Source: the human T2T-CHM13v2.0 reference genome, Homo sapiens. From it: a stretch of DNA of 64,000 bases. The translations under genes were made by a program, and so were the position numbers. This document shows, piece after piece, positions 1 to 12,460 of this stretch (positions are counted from its first letter, which is position 1; every line of letters starts with the position of its first letter). Location: NCBI RefSeq assembly GCF_009914755.1, contig NC_060947.1; one strand, written 5' to 3'. Below the pieces are notes generated by a model. It was not told the DNA's origin. It did not search any database and worked only from the letters and a program-made list of their open reading frames with translations.

Positions 1-78
1 TTGTTACCTATAAACACAATGTTTCACAGCAAATCGCTAGAACTTACTCATCTTGCATAACTGAAACTTCATACCAAT
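1..78 (-). mobile_element. Old L1 (L1MA/L1MB-age) 3' region, left part; resumes at 1559
   Basis: 'ctagaacttactcatcttgcataactgaaactt' is antisense L1M 3'UTR; continues as 'aacagcaacttcccattt' after the LTR insertions. Confidence 0.75.
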
Positions 79-86
79 TGTAGTAC

Positions 87-1178
87 TGTGTCCGGAATTG
101 GTGGGTTCTTGGTCTCGCTGACTTCAAGAATGAAGCCGCGGACCCTTGCAGTGAGTGTTACAGTTCTTAAATATGGTGTGTCCTGAGTTTGTTCCTTCTC
201 ATGTTCGGACGTGTTCGGAGTTTCTTCCTTCTGGTGGGTTCGTGATCTCGCTGGCTTCAGAAGTGAAGCTGCAGACCTTCGCGGAGACGCGCTGAGTGTT
301 ACAGTGTTACAGCTCTCAAGGCTGCAAGTCTGGAGTTGTTCATCCCTCCCGGTGGTCTCCCTTGCCTCAGAAGTGAACCTGCAGATCTTCTTGGTGAGTG
401 TTACGGCTCATAAAAGTCAATGTTACAGTGGCATGGACCCAATGAGTGAGCAGCAGCAAGACTTACTGCCAAGAGCAAAAGAACAAAGTTCCCACAGCAC
501 AGAACGGGACCCCAGCAGATTGCCACTGCTGGCTGGGGTGGCCTGCTTTTATTCCTTTATCTGGCCCCACCCACATCTACTGATTGGTCCATTTTACAGA
601 GAGCTGATTGGTCCATTTTACAGAGAGCTAATTGGTCCGTTTTTGACAGAGTGTTGATTGGTGCGTTTACAAACCTTTAGCTAGACACAGAGTGCTGATT
701 GGTGCATTTACAATCCTTTAGCTAGACACAAAAGTTCTCCAAGTCCCCACCCATCCCAGAAGCCCAGCTGGATTCACCTCTCAGTGGCACTGGCTGTAGG
801 ACTTTAAGGCACCTAGCCCAGGCACTCCAGCAGCCCAGAGGGAGCTCATCCCTTAGCCCAGGCACTCCAGCAGCTCAGAGGGAGCTCATCCCCCAATCAA
901 GCTCAGCAGGCGCAGCGGCCAGAGTGTGGGGCCCGTTGAGCCGGCGCCCACCTAGAACCTGCGCTGTGTGGTGCCACACCGCAGCCCCAGGCTCCAGCGG
1001 GCACCTCTCCCTCCACACCTCCCTGCCAGCAGAGGGAGCTGGCTCCAGCCCCAGCCAGCCCCAAAGAGGGGCCCCCACAGTGCAGCTGTGGGCTGAAGGG
1101 CTCCTCCAGTGCGGCCAGAGTAGACGCCGAGGCGGCAGCGAGAGCAAGCAAGTGCTACTAGCACATTGTCACCTCTCA
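87..1178 (-). mobile_element. LTR12-family (HERV-9) solo LTR
   Basis: Termini 'tgtgtccggaattggtgggttcttggtctcgctgacttcaagaatgaagcc' and 'gtcacctctca'; repeated ctgattggt units; 4-bp TSD gtac/gtag. Confidence 0.92.
547..702 (-). promoter_or_regulatory. LTR12 CCAAT (NF-Y) box array and AATAAAA TATA-like box
   Basis: ATTGG at 583, 607, 631, 657, 698; 'ttttatt' at 547-553; this is the known LTR12 promoter architecture. Confidence 0.65.
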
Positions 1179-1558
1179 GTAGTCTGTTTTTACGCTGCTA
1201 TAGATATTACCCACGACTAAGTAATTTATAAGGAAAAGAGGTTTAATTGACTCAGAGTTCCACATGGCTGGGGAGGCCTTAGGAAACTTACAATCATGGC
1301 AGAAAGGGAAGCACACACATCTTATATGCTGGCAGGCAAAAGAGAGAGCATGTGGAAGCGCACGAACTCTACCATGTATAAAACTATCAGATTTTGTGAG
1401 AATTCACTCACTATCATGAGAACAGCATGGGGGAAACCGCCCCCATAATTTGATCACTTCCCTCACTCAAGGTGTGGGGATTACAGGTTCCTCCCTTGAC
1501 ACGTGGGAATTACAATTCCAGATAAGATTTGGTGAAAACACAGAGGCACACTATATCA

Positions 1559-1866
1559 CCAATTGAACAGCAACTTCCCATTTCATATTTCCCCCTATCC
1601 CCACCAACCCTGGCAAACACCATTCTACTCTCTGCTTCTGTGAGAACAAAACCATCTTTGATTATTTTAGATACCTCATGTAAATGGAATTGTGCAGTAT
1701 CTATCCTTTTGTGTGTGGCTTATTCTCCATGTTCACCCATGTCACATATGGTAGGATCTCCTTCTTTTGGAAGGCTGAATAATATAAGGTTGTATATATG
1801 TGCCACATTTTATTTTTCCATTCATCTGCAAATGGGCATTTAGGTTGTTTCTACATTGGGGCTATG
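1559..1866 (-). mobile_element. Old L1 3' region, right part
   Basis: 'ccctggcaaacaccattctactctctgcttctgtgag...ttttagatacctcatgtaaatggaat'. Confidence 0.8.
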
Positions 1867-1875
1867 AATTTTTGT

Positions 1876-2075
1876 AATAATAGCTTACATTTATTGAGCA
1901 ATATATAGGTTTTTTTAGGCATTGTTCAATTGTCTTCACATGAATGAACTCATTTAATTGTCACAGCAACGCTAATATGATTATCCCCATTTTACACATA
2001 AGAAAACTGAGCTACAAGGATAAGTAACTGCCCCAAGGTTCAAAGCTAATAATAAAACATGGGTTTAAATGTAAG
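1876..2075 (-). mobile_element. MIR SINE
   Basis: 'aataatagcttacatttattgagc', core 'ttatccccattttacacataagaaaactgag'. Confidence 0.75.
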
Positions 2076-2526
2076 CAGCTTGTCTCAAGAGGGAGAAATG
2101 CAGTAAAAATTTCAAACTCTGTGGCTGACTATCACTATTAGAATATTCAGTCACAAAAGAAGTTTCCCTGGGTCTGTGCCATGTTTTAGAATTCTATTAC
2201 TATATGTCATTTTTCAATAGCCCATTTGTTTTGTAATTGAGAAGGCTTACAAATATATTTAAAACACATTAATACAGAGTCTTTTAGGAAAAAAATGAAG
2301 TTAACATTGTTAGATGGTGGGGAAAGTGGCAGTTTTGAAAGAGTCATTGTTACTTAGAAGCGATCACAACTCTTCTTACTATTGACAGTCACTGCCAACA
2401 AGTAACATTTATTGAGTAGTTACTATATATAAGTCAGTATAGGTATGTTAAAGGCATCATTATATTTATATTCAGAAGAATACTCCACCATATTTTCCCC
2501 AACTAGAAACATGGTATGTATCTTAA

Positions 2527-2794
<268 letters not shown>

Positions 2795-2832
2795 GAAAAA
2801 ACACTCACTTCAAAATGCTATGCTTCAGCCAA

Positions 2833-3406
2833 TGTTGTGCCCTGTATTGCATAACAATATCACCACAAATTTAGCAGTTTAAAGTAACATATATTTATTA
2901 TCTCATAATTTCTATGAGTCAGGATTCTGAGCGTGACATAACCGGGGCCTCTGCAAGGATGAATCAAGGTATTACCCGGGACTGGATTCTCATCTGAGAC
3001 TGGACTGGGAAAAAAATCTGCTTCTAAGCTCACGTGGTTATTGGCTACATTCGGTTGCCAATATTGCAGGTTGACAGAATGAGGACCTCAGTTCTTTGTT
3101 GGCTGTCAGCCAGAAGTCAACCACAGTTCCTTGGTATGTGGCTGTCTCAGTGCAATGCACAATACGGCAGCTTGTTTCTTCAAATTTAGCAAGAGAGTGA
3201 ATTATTCCACAAGACAGACACTGCTATTTTATAAAAATAATTATGTATACAAAATAAAGTGCACACTATCCCACCTTTACCACATTCGATTGGTTGAAAA
3301 AAAAAAGCCACAGATTATGCCCACACTGAAGTGGAGCAAATTATACCAGAGTATAAATACCAGGCAGTGGGGATCATGAAGATCACCCAAGACTGTCTGC
3401 CACACA
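2833..3406 (-). mobile_element. MLT1 (G/H-like) MaLR LTR
   Basis: 'gcataacaatatcaccacaaatttagcagtttaaa...atttattatctcataatttctatgagtcagga' ... 'gtctgccacaca'. Confidence 0.65.
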
Positions 3407-4907
3407 CCCATATATATTTTTGATAGTTTTTAATCAAGTTTCCGACAGTTATCTTTTCCTCTGTTGGTATACCTAGATATTACCAATGAACTTTTGTGTC
3501 CGGCCCATCATACACTTACTCCAATCCCTTGGATCTTATAGTCTTTAAATCATTTTAGACAGAAACAGAAATTTCAAACTGAGAAGCAAGGACAAGTGGT
3601 AATTTTTTGAAATAAACTGATATTGAAGGCAGAGTATTATACGTTTTCTCGGTGGCAAAGAAATGTCTTTTTTGGCTTTGGTTTTGGAAATTAAATCAAG
3701 TGAAACTGATTTTATTTATTTTGAAAAAGGTCACTTGAATTTTCCCTTTATTTATGAAAATGTAGGGTGAGAAAACCTTAGAAAGGAACTGCATCTCAAC
3801 TCACATCCTAATTCCCCTTGTATGTGGTTTAAACAAAAAATGCTTACTCACACAGTATGGGAGTAATTTACTACCCTTAGTGGGGAAAACCAAATAAAGT
3901 TTATGTCAATAGCTATGATCTTTTTGGGAGACTGGTGTAGAGAAGGATGCGTGTAGACATCACAATCAGTGCTAAGTTGAGGGATACTATTGGAGTGTAA
4001 TGTCAGTGAGCTCAAAAGAGTTCAAAAAAATTATCTAGAACCAAACTCTTAGGAAAATGAAAACCAGTTTTTTCTCCACTTACTTATTTAGTGAAATAGT
4101 CAAGTAATTCTTTGCACAACAACAAAAAAAGTAAATTTGGATGAAAACAAACACACAAAACATTGTCTATGGTATCCTTCATAAGTACTTATCCCATTAT
4201 GGGAAATCTTGTTTTCTGAAACATTCTCAATTAGGTTTTCTTACTGCTGTAAGTGCCAAATGAAAATGATCCCAAAAGTAATATTGTCCTAACCTCTCTG
4301 TGTTTTTTCCTCTTGAAGGGAAGGCACAGTCAGACATAAAGTCTGTACGTCATGGTCTTAGAACTATGTGTAAAACCTTGAAATTGGTGTGCCTTTATTC
4401 TCCTAGAATGTAATGAGACAATCTTTAAAGTTGCTTAATCAATATTAGCAGTTTGTTTCAGCCAATTGATTTTATGTATGCTCAATTAAAATAGAATTGT
4501 TCAATGACAAACAATTTTTCAGAGTAGCTGATAATAACAAGGTAAGACATTTATATGTTTATTTTGTATTTAACAAAAATTAAATGTGTCATTTACTTAC
4601 TTACTTATTTTTAAAGGAAATTAACTTCAAACCAAAATTTTAAATATATTAGTATTGCAGGCATGTGCTATCATTTAAAACCACAGTTTCTCTAAGGAAT
4701 AAGGGAAAGAGTGAGTGGATTTTTGAAGTGTTTACATTTCTATGTGCAGGAACTAAGCAGTATGTACAGTTTTACATATTCTCTGAAAATGAGTATGGTC
4801 ATTTTTCTCATAATGACCATTTGAAATTATTTTGTAGGTATAACCAGAAATCATTGTGTTTTAACAAATGTAGTTTTTCAGATATTTATATATTATATAT
4901 ATGAGTC

Positions 4908-6042
4908 TTTTAAAGCAAAGAATATCTGAGACAAACCTCAATCAATTTAGAAAGTTTATTTTGCCAAGGTTAAGGATACACTTGTGACACAGCCTCAAGA
5001 GATCCTGAGGACATGTATCCAAGGTGGTCTGGGCACAGCTTGGTTTTATACATTTTAAAGAGACGTGAGACATCAATCAATATATGTAAGATATACATTG
5101 GTTTGGTCCAGAAAGGTAAGACAACTGGAAATGGGGAGGAGGCTTCCATGTCACAGGTAGATAAAAGACAAACGGTTACATTCTTTTGAGGTTTGTTGTT
5201 GTTGTTGTTGTTTGAGTTTACATAGGGAGGGCTTTATTCCTGAGTACAAAATAAAAGGCTGGGGGTGAAAGTGAATGTATTTTCCTTTCTGAGGTTCCTT
5301 TTTATTGTAAAAGATAAATAATGTAGTATTTCAGAAAATTCAAAGGTCGTGAGATGTCTTGCACTTCCTAAATAATTAATTTTCATGAATTATAAGTTTC
5401 AAAACAGTTTGATAGATATTTAATCCTAAATCTCTTGGTTATCTCATCAATTAGTTGTGGGGTCTTCTGATTTATACAATGATAGAGTCTGACAATCTAG
5501 GCTGTGTTATTTTGAAGTCAAAACATAAGCACAAATTATTTTTAATGGAGTATAGCATCCTTGTATTTGAAAGTAGAAACTTAGTGATTAAAAGCAGATC
5601 ATAGGACAAACTCTTTCATCTGTTCACAGCTGTGTCCCCAGTGTTCACTCCATCCAGTCCCTGACACAGAGTAGGTGCTTTATAAACAGCAGTTGATGGA
5701 GATAATCTTTTGAGTTTTTGATTAGACTTTCAGTGAATACACAATTTACATGACTACTCACTTATGCCTTATTCTGGCTTAGTAAAACAATAGGCCAAAG
5801 GAAGCAATCAGATGTGCATTTGTCTCATGTGAACAGAGAGATGACTTTGCGTTCTGTCAGTTGTTTGTCCACAGAAAATTTTCTTGTGGGCAAATTGTGA
5901 GGGAGGTATGAGGCTTTTATTAATCTTTGTAGCTATCTTATTTACAAATAGAATGAGAGGCAGATTTGCCCTATGAAGTTCCCAACTTGACTTTTCCCTT
6001 TGGCTTAGTGATTTGGAGTCCTGAGATTTATTATCTTTTCAC
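4908..6042 (-). mobile_element. MER4-group ERV1 LTR, interrupted at ~5195-5705
   Basis: 'ctcaatcaatttagaaagtttattttgccaaggttaagga' and 'cttgacttttccctttggcttagtgatttggagtcctgagatttatt'. Confidence 0.8.
5195..5705 (-). pseudogene. Orphan poly(A)-tailed retro-insertion (3'UTR retrocopy or L1 3' transduction)
   Basis: TSD tcttttgag(g/t)ttt at 5182-5194 and 5706-5718; (GTT)n tail ~5191-5213; AATAAA on the minus strand at 5233-5238. Confidence 0.7.
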
Positions 6043-6231
6043 TGTCTAGACCCAGAAAAGAACCTAAAGTGCATTACTTAAAATGCAATAATAGTAGTGT
6101 TTTCATTTTTGTAACTTGTAAATTAGAAGTCGGTTTTTCACTTTGTTTATAAATTGGAAACCTAGAAGAATTCATTATTAAAAATCAAAGATAATATTAA
6201 ACTTTTGATTTTGAGACTTACAACAAATTAG

Positions 6232-6619
<388 letters not shown>

Positions 6620-7178
6620 TTGAAACTCTTTATATATGCATATACCATTACACCGAATCAACTGTCTGCATACCCACCCTGCAATGTGTATGCATGTGTG
6701 TATATTATGGATAGATACAGATACACAAACACACACATATTTTTTATAAGCATACAGCTTTTCTCTGAAATTGCTTCTCTCATATGCCATAAAAGTTCAA
6801 GCTTCTGCTCTCTGCCTTAAGTAGCAAATTACTTCTGCTCACTTTGCCCTCTGCTCTGCTCTTGTCATGTTTCAAGAGAGCTTTTTCAAGCACATAAGCC
6901 TAAGGAAGGAACTAAGAACATAACTTCCTCCTAGTTGGTGAACTTTTCTGTAAATGCTGCCATAATTTACTGGGAAAAATGAACCTACTAAAAATTAAGG
7001 TGATTGTAATAGTTTCTGGTTAAAGTTAGAGAAGATAATATTTTGGAAGATGCAGTTGCATTTGGTCCTAAAACTTGAGAAAATGTAAAATAATCTCCTT
7101 ATACTTGGAATCAATTACTAATTCTATGTTGTTTCATTAAACAAATAAGTACCTAGAGATAAAGGGTATGCAGTGAAA

Positions 7179-9435
7179 TGATGTGGTTTGGCTCTGTGTC
7201 CCAACCCAGATCTCATCTTGAATTGTACTCCTATAATTCCCACATGTTGTGAAAGGGATCTGGTGGGAGATAATTTGAATCATGGGGGTGATTTCCCCCA
7301 TACTGTTCTTATGGTAGTGAATAAGTCTCACCAGGTCTGACGGTTTTATCAGGAGTTTATGCTTTTGCATTTTCCTCATTTTCTTCTTGCTGCTGCCATG
7401 TAAGAAGTGCCTTTCACTTTCTGCCGTGATTCTGAGGCCTCCCCAGCAATGTGGAACTGTAAGGCCAATTAAACCTCTTTTCTTCCCAGTCTCAGATATG
7501 GCTTTAACAGCAGCATGAAAACAAACTCATAAATTGGTTATCAGAAGAGTGTGGCATTGCTGAAAAGTTACCCAAACATGTGGAAGCGACTTTGGAACTG
7601 GGTATCAGGCAGAGATTGGAACCATTTGGAGGGCTCAGAAGAAGATAGGAAAATATGAGAAAGTTTAGAACCTCCCAGAGACTTGTTGAATGGCTTTGAC
7701 CAAAATGCTGATAGTGATATGAACAATAAGGTTCAGGCTGAGGTGGTCTCAAATGGAGCTGAGGAACTCATTGGGTACTGGAGCAAAGGTGACTCTTGTT
7801 ATGTTTTAGCAGAGACCGGTGGCATTTTGCCCCTACCCTAGAGATTTGTGGAACTTAGAACTTGAGAGAGATGACTTAGGGTATCTGGTGGAAGAAATTT
7901 CTAAGCAACAACGCATTCAAGAGGTGACTTGGGTGCTATTAAAAGAATTCCATTGTAAAAGCAAAACAGAGCATAAAAGCTCAGAAAATTTGTAGCCTGA
8001 CGATGCAGTAGAAAAGAAAACCTCATTTTTTTAGGAGAAATTCAAGCTGGCTGCAGAAATTTGCATAACAAGCAACTAAATATTAATCCCCAAGCAATGG
8101 GGAAAATATTTCCAGGGCATGTCAGAGGTCTTCACGGCAGCCCCTCCCATCACAGACCCAGAAGCCTAGGAAGAAAAAAATGGTTTCATGGGCCAGGCCC
8201 AGGGTCCCCATGCTGTGTTCAGCCTAGGGACTTGGTGCCCTGCATCCCAGCCGCTCCATCCCTTGTTAAAAGGGACCAAACCTTGGCAGGTTCCACATGG
8301 TGTTGAGTCTGCAGGTACACACACAGAAATCAAGAATTGAGGTTTGGGAATGAATGAATGAATCTCCACCTAGATTTCAGAAAATATATGGAAATACCTG
8401 GATGCCCAGGCAAGTTTGCTGCAAGGGCAGGGCCCTCATGGAGAATCTCTGTTAGGCTAGAGCAGTACGGAAGGGAAATGTGGGGTTAGAGCCCTCACAA
8501 AGAATCCCTACTGGGGCACCCCTTAGTGGAGCTGTGAGAAGAGGGCCACAGTCTTCCAGACCCTAGATTGGCAGATCCACTGGCAGCTTGCACCGTGTGC
8601 CTGGAAAAGCCACAGGCGCTCAATGCCAGCCCATGAAAGCAGCCAGGAGTGGGGCTACACGCTGCAAAGCCACAGGGGCAGAGCTGTCCAAGACTATGGG
8701 AACTTGCCTCTTGCATCAGTGTGACCTTGATGCGAGATATGGAGTCAAAGGAGATCATTTCGGAGCTTTAAAATTTGACTGCCCCACTGAATTTCGGACT
8801 TACATGGGCCATGTAACCCCTTTGTTTTGGCTAATTTCTCCCATTTGGAATAGCTGTATTTACCCAATACCTGTACCCCATTGTATGAAGGAAGTAACTA
8901 GCTTCCTTTTGATTTTACAGGCTCATACATGGAACAGGCCTCGCCTTGTCTCAGATAAGACTTTGGACTGTGGACTTTTGGGTTAATGCTGAAATGAGTT
9001 ATGACTGTGTGGGACTGTCGGGAAAACATGATTGGTTTTGAAATGGGAGGACATGAGATTTGGTGGGACCAGGGGCAGAATGATGTGATTTGGCTCTGTG
9101 TCCCCACCCATATCTCATCTTGAATTATACTCCCATAATTCCCACGTGTTGTGGGAGGGACCTGGTTGGAGATAATTTGAATCATGGGGGCAGTTTTCCC
9201 CATACTATTCTCATGGTAGTGAATAAGTTTCACAGGATCTGATGGTTTTATTAGGGGTTTCTGCTTTTGCATCTTCCTTATTTTTCTCTCGCCATTGCCA
9301 TATAAGAAGCACCTTTTGCCTCCCACCATGATTCTGAGGCCTCTCCAGCCATGTGAAACTGTAAGTCCAATTAAACCTCTTTCCTTCCCAGTCTCGAGTA
9401 TGTCTTTATCAGCAGCATGAAAAAGGACTAATACA
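7179..9435 (+). mobile_element. Full-length THE1C MaLR element (LTR 7179-~7532, internal region, LTR 9081-9435)
   Basis: Two LTRs 'tgatgtg(g/a)tttggctctgtgtcc...atcttgaatt(g/a)tactcc' flank THE1-int 'aattggt...gaactggg...ggggcagaa'; TSD not clean. Confidence 0.92.
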
Positions 9436-9619
9436 GAATACTGAAATTTGTTTCCTTATTACATACCAAAATGGAATTGGGTGAGTGGTAATGGATGACT
9501 CTGATTTATTATTATAAATAGATCTAGAAAACATAATGCTAATTGGAAAGAGCAAGGTGTAGAAAGATACAAATGATGTGATGGTCTTTGCAAAGATTTC
9601 AAAAACACATAATAGCAAG

Positions 9620-12460
9620 GATGACTTCAGCAATATAGCAGAGTAGGGAACACTGCACCCCCCTTTCCTGAACAAACACAGTGATTCAACAACCATTCAC
9701 ACACAATTTTGGTTGTGTGCAAAATCAAAAATTAGTTGAAGGGCTCTTATACTTAAGGAGAATGCAAAACCAGATTCACTGAAGCTAGTAGAATGATTCA
9801 GAACACTCTCTTGCTAGAATCCCTACCCCAGAACAGCACCATATAATGGGGAGGAGAACCCTAGCTCTTAGTTTCACCCAAAATAGAGAAGGTGTTGGTT
9901 TGCCCTTCCGGTGCCCCAACTTTTCTGAAGGGGGTCCTCAAAGGACTGGCTTCTGCCTTGAAACTTGGAGCTCTAAGGCTCCATCATAGTTGAGGTACCC
10001 AGGGTGAAATGTACGCAGTGGCTTTGGCTGGTAAATGCCATTAACAACCCCAGCCCCCACCCAGCGTAGAGTAAGAAAGAGACATCCAGCTCTCAGTTTC
10101 CCCCTGAGGAATAATTGATGTAAGTCTCACCAGTCTTGAAACTCTGATGGGTCCAGCCTATTATAACCACCTAGGGAGAAAGGAGATTGTAATTTAGGCT
10201 AGTAGATGCCATAGTTCCTTCCTCCACAGCTTAGCACAGGGTGAGTGAACAAAACCACATCTGCCTGCTTCTTCCTGGGCAGATAAAGAGTTGGTAGATG
10301 CTCCCATAATATCTGGCTAGAATTTTTGTTGGAAATCTTCTCCTGTATGAGACCATTGTGTGAAAACTAGGAGATGTACTTGCTTTGTCTAATGCTCAGA
10401 TACCAACACAGAGAGTCAAGGAAAATAAAGAATCAAGTAAAAGTTTTCCAAACAAAAGAACAAGAACAACTCCAGGAACCAAACTTAAAGAAAAAGAGTT
10501 GCATAACTTACCTGGCAGAGATTTAAAAATAACTTTCATAAGTATGTTTACTTGGATCAAGAGAACCATGTATGAACAAAGCAAGAATTTCAAGCAAGAT
10601 GGAAGTTACTTTAAAATGCAGCAATAGAATAATAGCAGAAGACATCAATATCCCATTTTCAAAAAAGGACATAATATGGAGACATATGATCAATAAGGAA
10701 ACAGCAGACTTAAATAACACTCTAGATCAAATGGAACTAATAGACATATAAAGAACATTTCACCCAATAAAAGGATACACATGCTTCTCAAGCACACACA
10801 GAACTTTCTTCAGGATAAAGATCATGGGAGGTCACAAAACAGGTCTTAAAAATTCAAGAAGATTGAAATCATACTATGTGTCTTTTCTGACCAAAGTGGA
10901 ATGAAGCTAGAAATCAATACCAAAAGGAAAACTGGAAAATGAAAAAAAATGTGGAAATTAACACATTCTTAAACAACCATTGTGACAAAAAGGAAATTTA
11001 AAAATATCTCAAGACAAATGGAAATAGGAACAGAACATACCAAAACTTATGAGATCCAGTAAGAGGAGTATTAGAGGAAAGTTGAGAGTGATAAAGACCT
11101 ACATTAAAAAATTAAGGATCCAAAAAAATAGCCTATCATATCTCAAGGAACTGAAAACAAAAGACAGTAAGCCCAAAGTTAGCAGAAGAAAGTTACAAAC
11201 ATTAAAGCAGAAATAAACAAAATAGAAAAAAAGCAGAAAAAAATCAACAAAACTGATGAATTTTGAAAACATAAACGAAATTGGCAAATCCTTACATAGG
11301 TTAAGAAAGAAAAAAAGAAAAAAGATGCAAATAAAAAAATCAAAAATGAAAAAGAAACATTACAACTGATGGCACAGATATAAAAAGAATAATACAAAGT
11401 ACTACTTCTCAAACTATTTCAAAAAATAAAAGAGAGGGGAACATTTTCAAACCGATTTTATAAGGCCAACATTACCCTCCTACCAAAGCCAGACAAAGAC
11501 ACCACAAGGAAAAAAAAAAAAAAAAACTACAGTCCAATATCCTCAGTAAATATAGGTGTAATAGTTTTCAATAAAATACTAATGAACCAAATTCAATGCT
11601 AAATTGAAAGGATCATACACCATGACCAACTGGCATTTATCCCTGTGATGCAAGGATGGTTTAAAATATGAAAATCAAATAATGTGATACACATTAACAT
11701 AATACATGATTAAAAGTGTGTGATCATCCCAATAGACGCAGAAAAGACATTCAACAAACTTCAAACACTTTCATGGTAAAAACTTGCAACAAATCAGGAA
11801 CTGAAGAAAATTACCTCAACACCTTGAAGATCATATGTAAAAAAACACACAGCAAGCATCATACTCAAGCTGAAAGCTCTATCTCTAAGATTAGAGCAAG
11901 TCAAGATTGCCCACTTGCGCCACTTCTCTTCAATATAGTATTGGTAGTTCTAGCCAGAGCCATTATGTGAGAGAATGAAATAAAATAATTCCAAACTGGA
12001 AAGATAGATGTAAAATAATTCCGGTTTTCAGATGACATGGTTTCACATATAGAAAACTCTAAAGATGCTACCAAAAAATTGTTAGAAGTTGTAAACAAAT
12101 ATAGTAAATTTCAGAATACAAAATTAACATAGAAAAATCAGTTGTATTTCTATACATGAACAATGAGCTATCTGAAGAGGAAATTAGAAAACATTCCATT
12201 TATAATAACACCAAAAAAACACCTAGGAATAAACTTAAGTGAAAACATAAAAGACCTGTACACTGAAAACTGTAAAACACTAATGAAATAAATTAAAGGA
12301 GATACAGATAATTGGAAAGACGTGCTTTGCTTATAGATTAGAATTAATACTATTAACAATTCCATACTACTGAAGGCAATACACAGAGTCAGTGAAATCT
12401 GTTAATATCCCAATGACATTATTTACAGGAATAGAAAAAACAGTCCTTAAACTCTTATGG
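9620..12460 (+). mobile_element. Host L1MA (MA8/9-like): 5' region and ORF2 remnants with deletions
   Basis: ORF2 remnants such as 'ctctagatcaaatggaactaatagac' and [21 protein letters not shown]; continues at 20303. Confidence 0.8.

Larger units (their letters stand above)
79..1558 (-). mobile_element. MaLR solo LTR (MST/THE1 family), split by LTR12
   Basis: TG at 79-80; 'gtagtctgtttttacgctgcta...gaggtttaattgactca...ctatatca' at 1179-1558; perfect 5-bp TSD ccaat at 74-78 and 1559-1563. Confidence 0.85.

Noticed and set aside
578-730. 24-bp periodic repeats resembling a CRISPR array
   Set aside because: Contiguous LTR12 tandem units without unique spacers, in eukaryotic context.
211-1220. 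Several 70-148 aa ORFs and a GC/CpG-rich patch
   Set aside because: All lie within LTR12; the LIGPFYRE repeats are translated CCAAT units. Not a gene or a genic CpG island.
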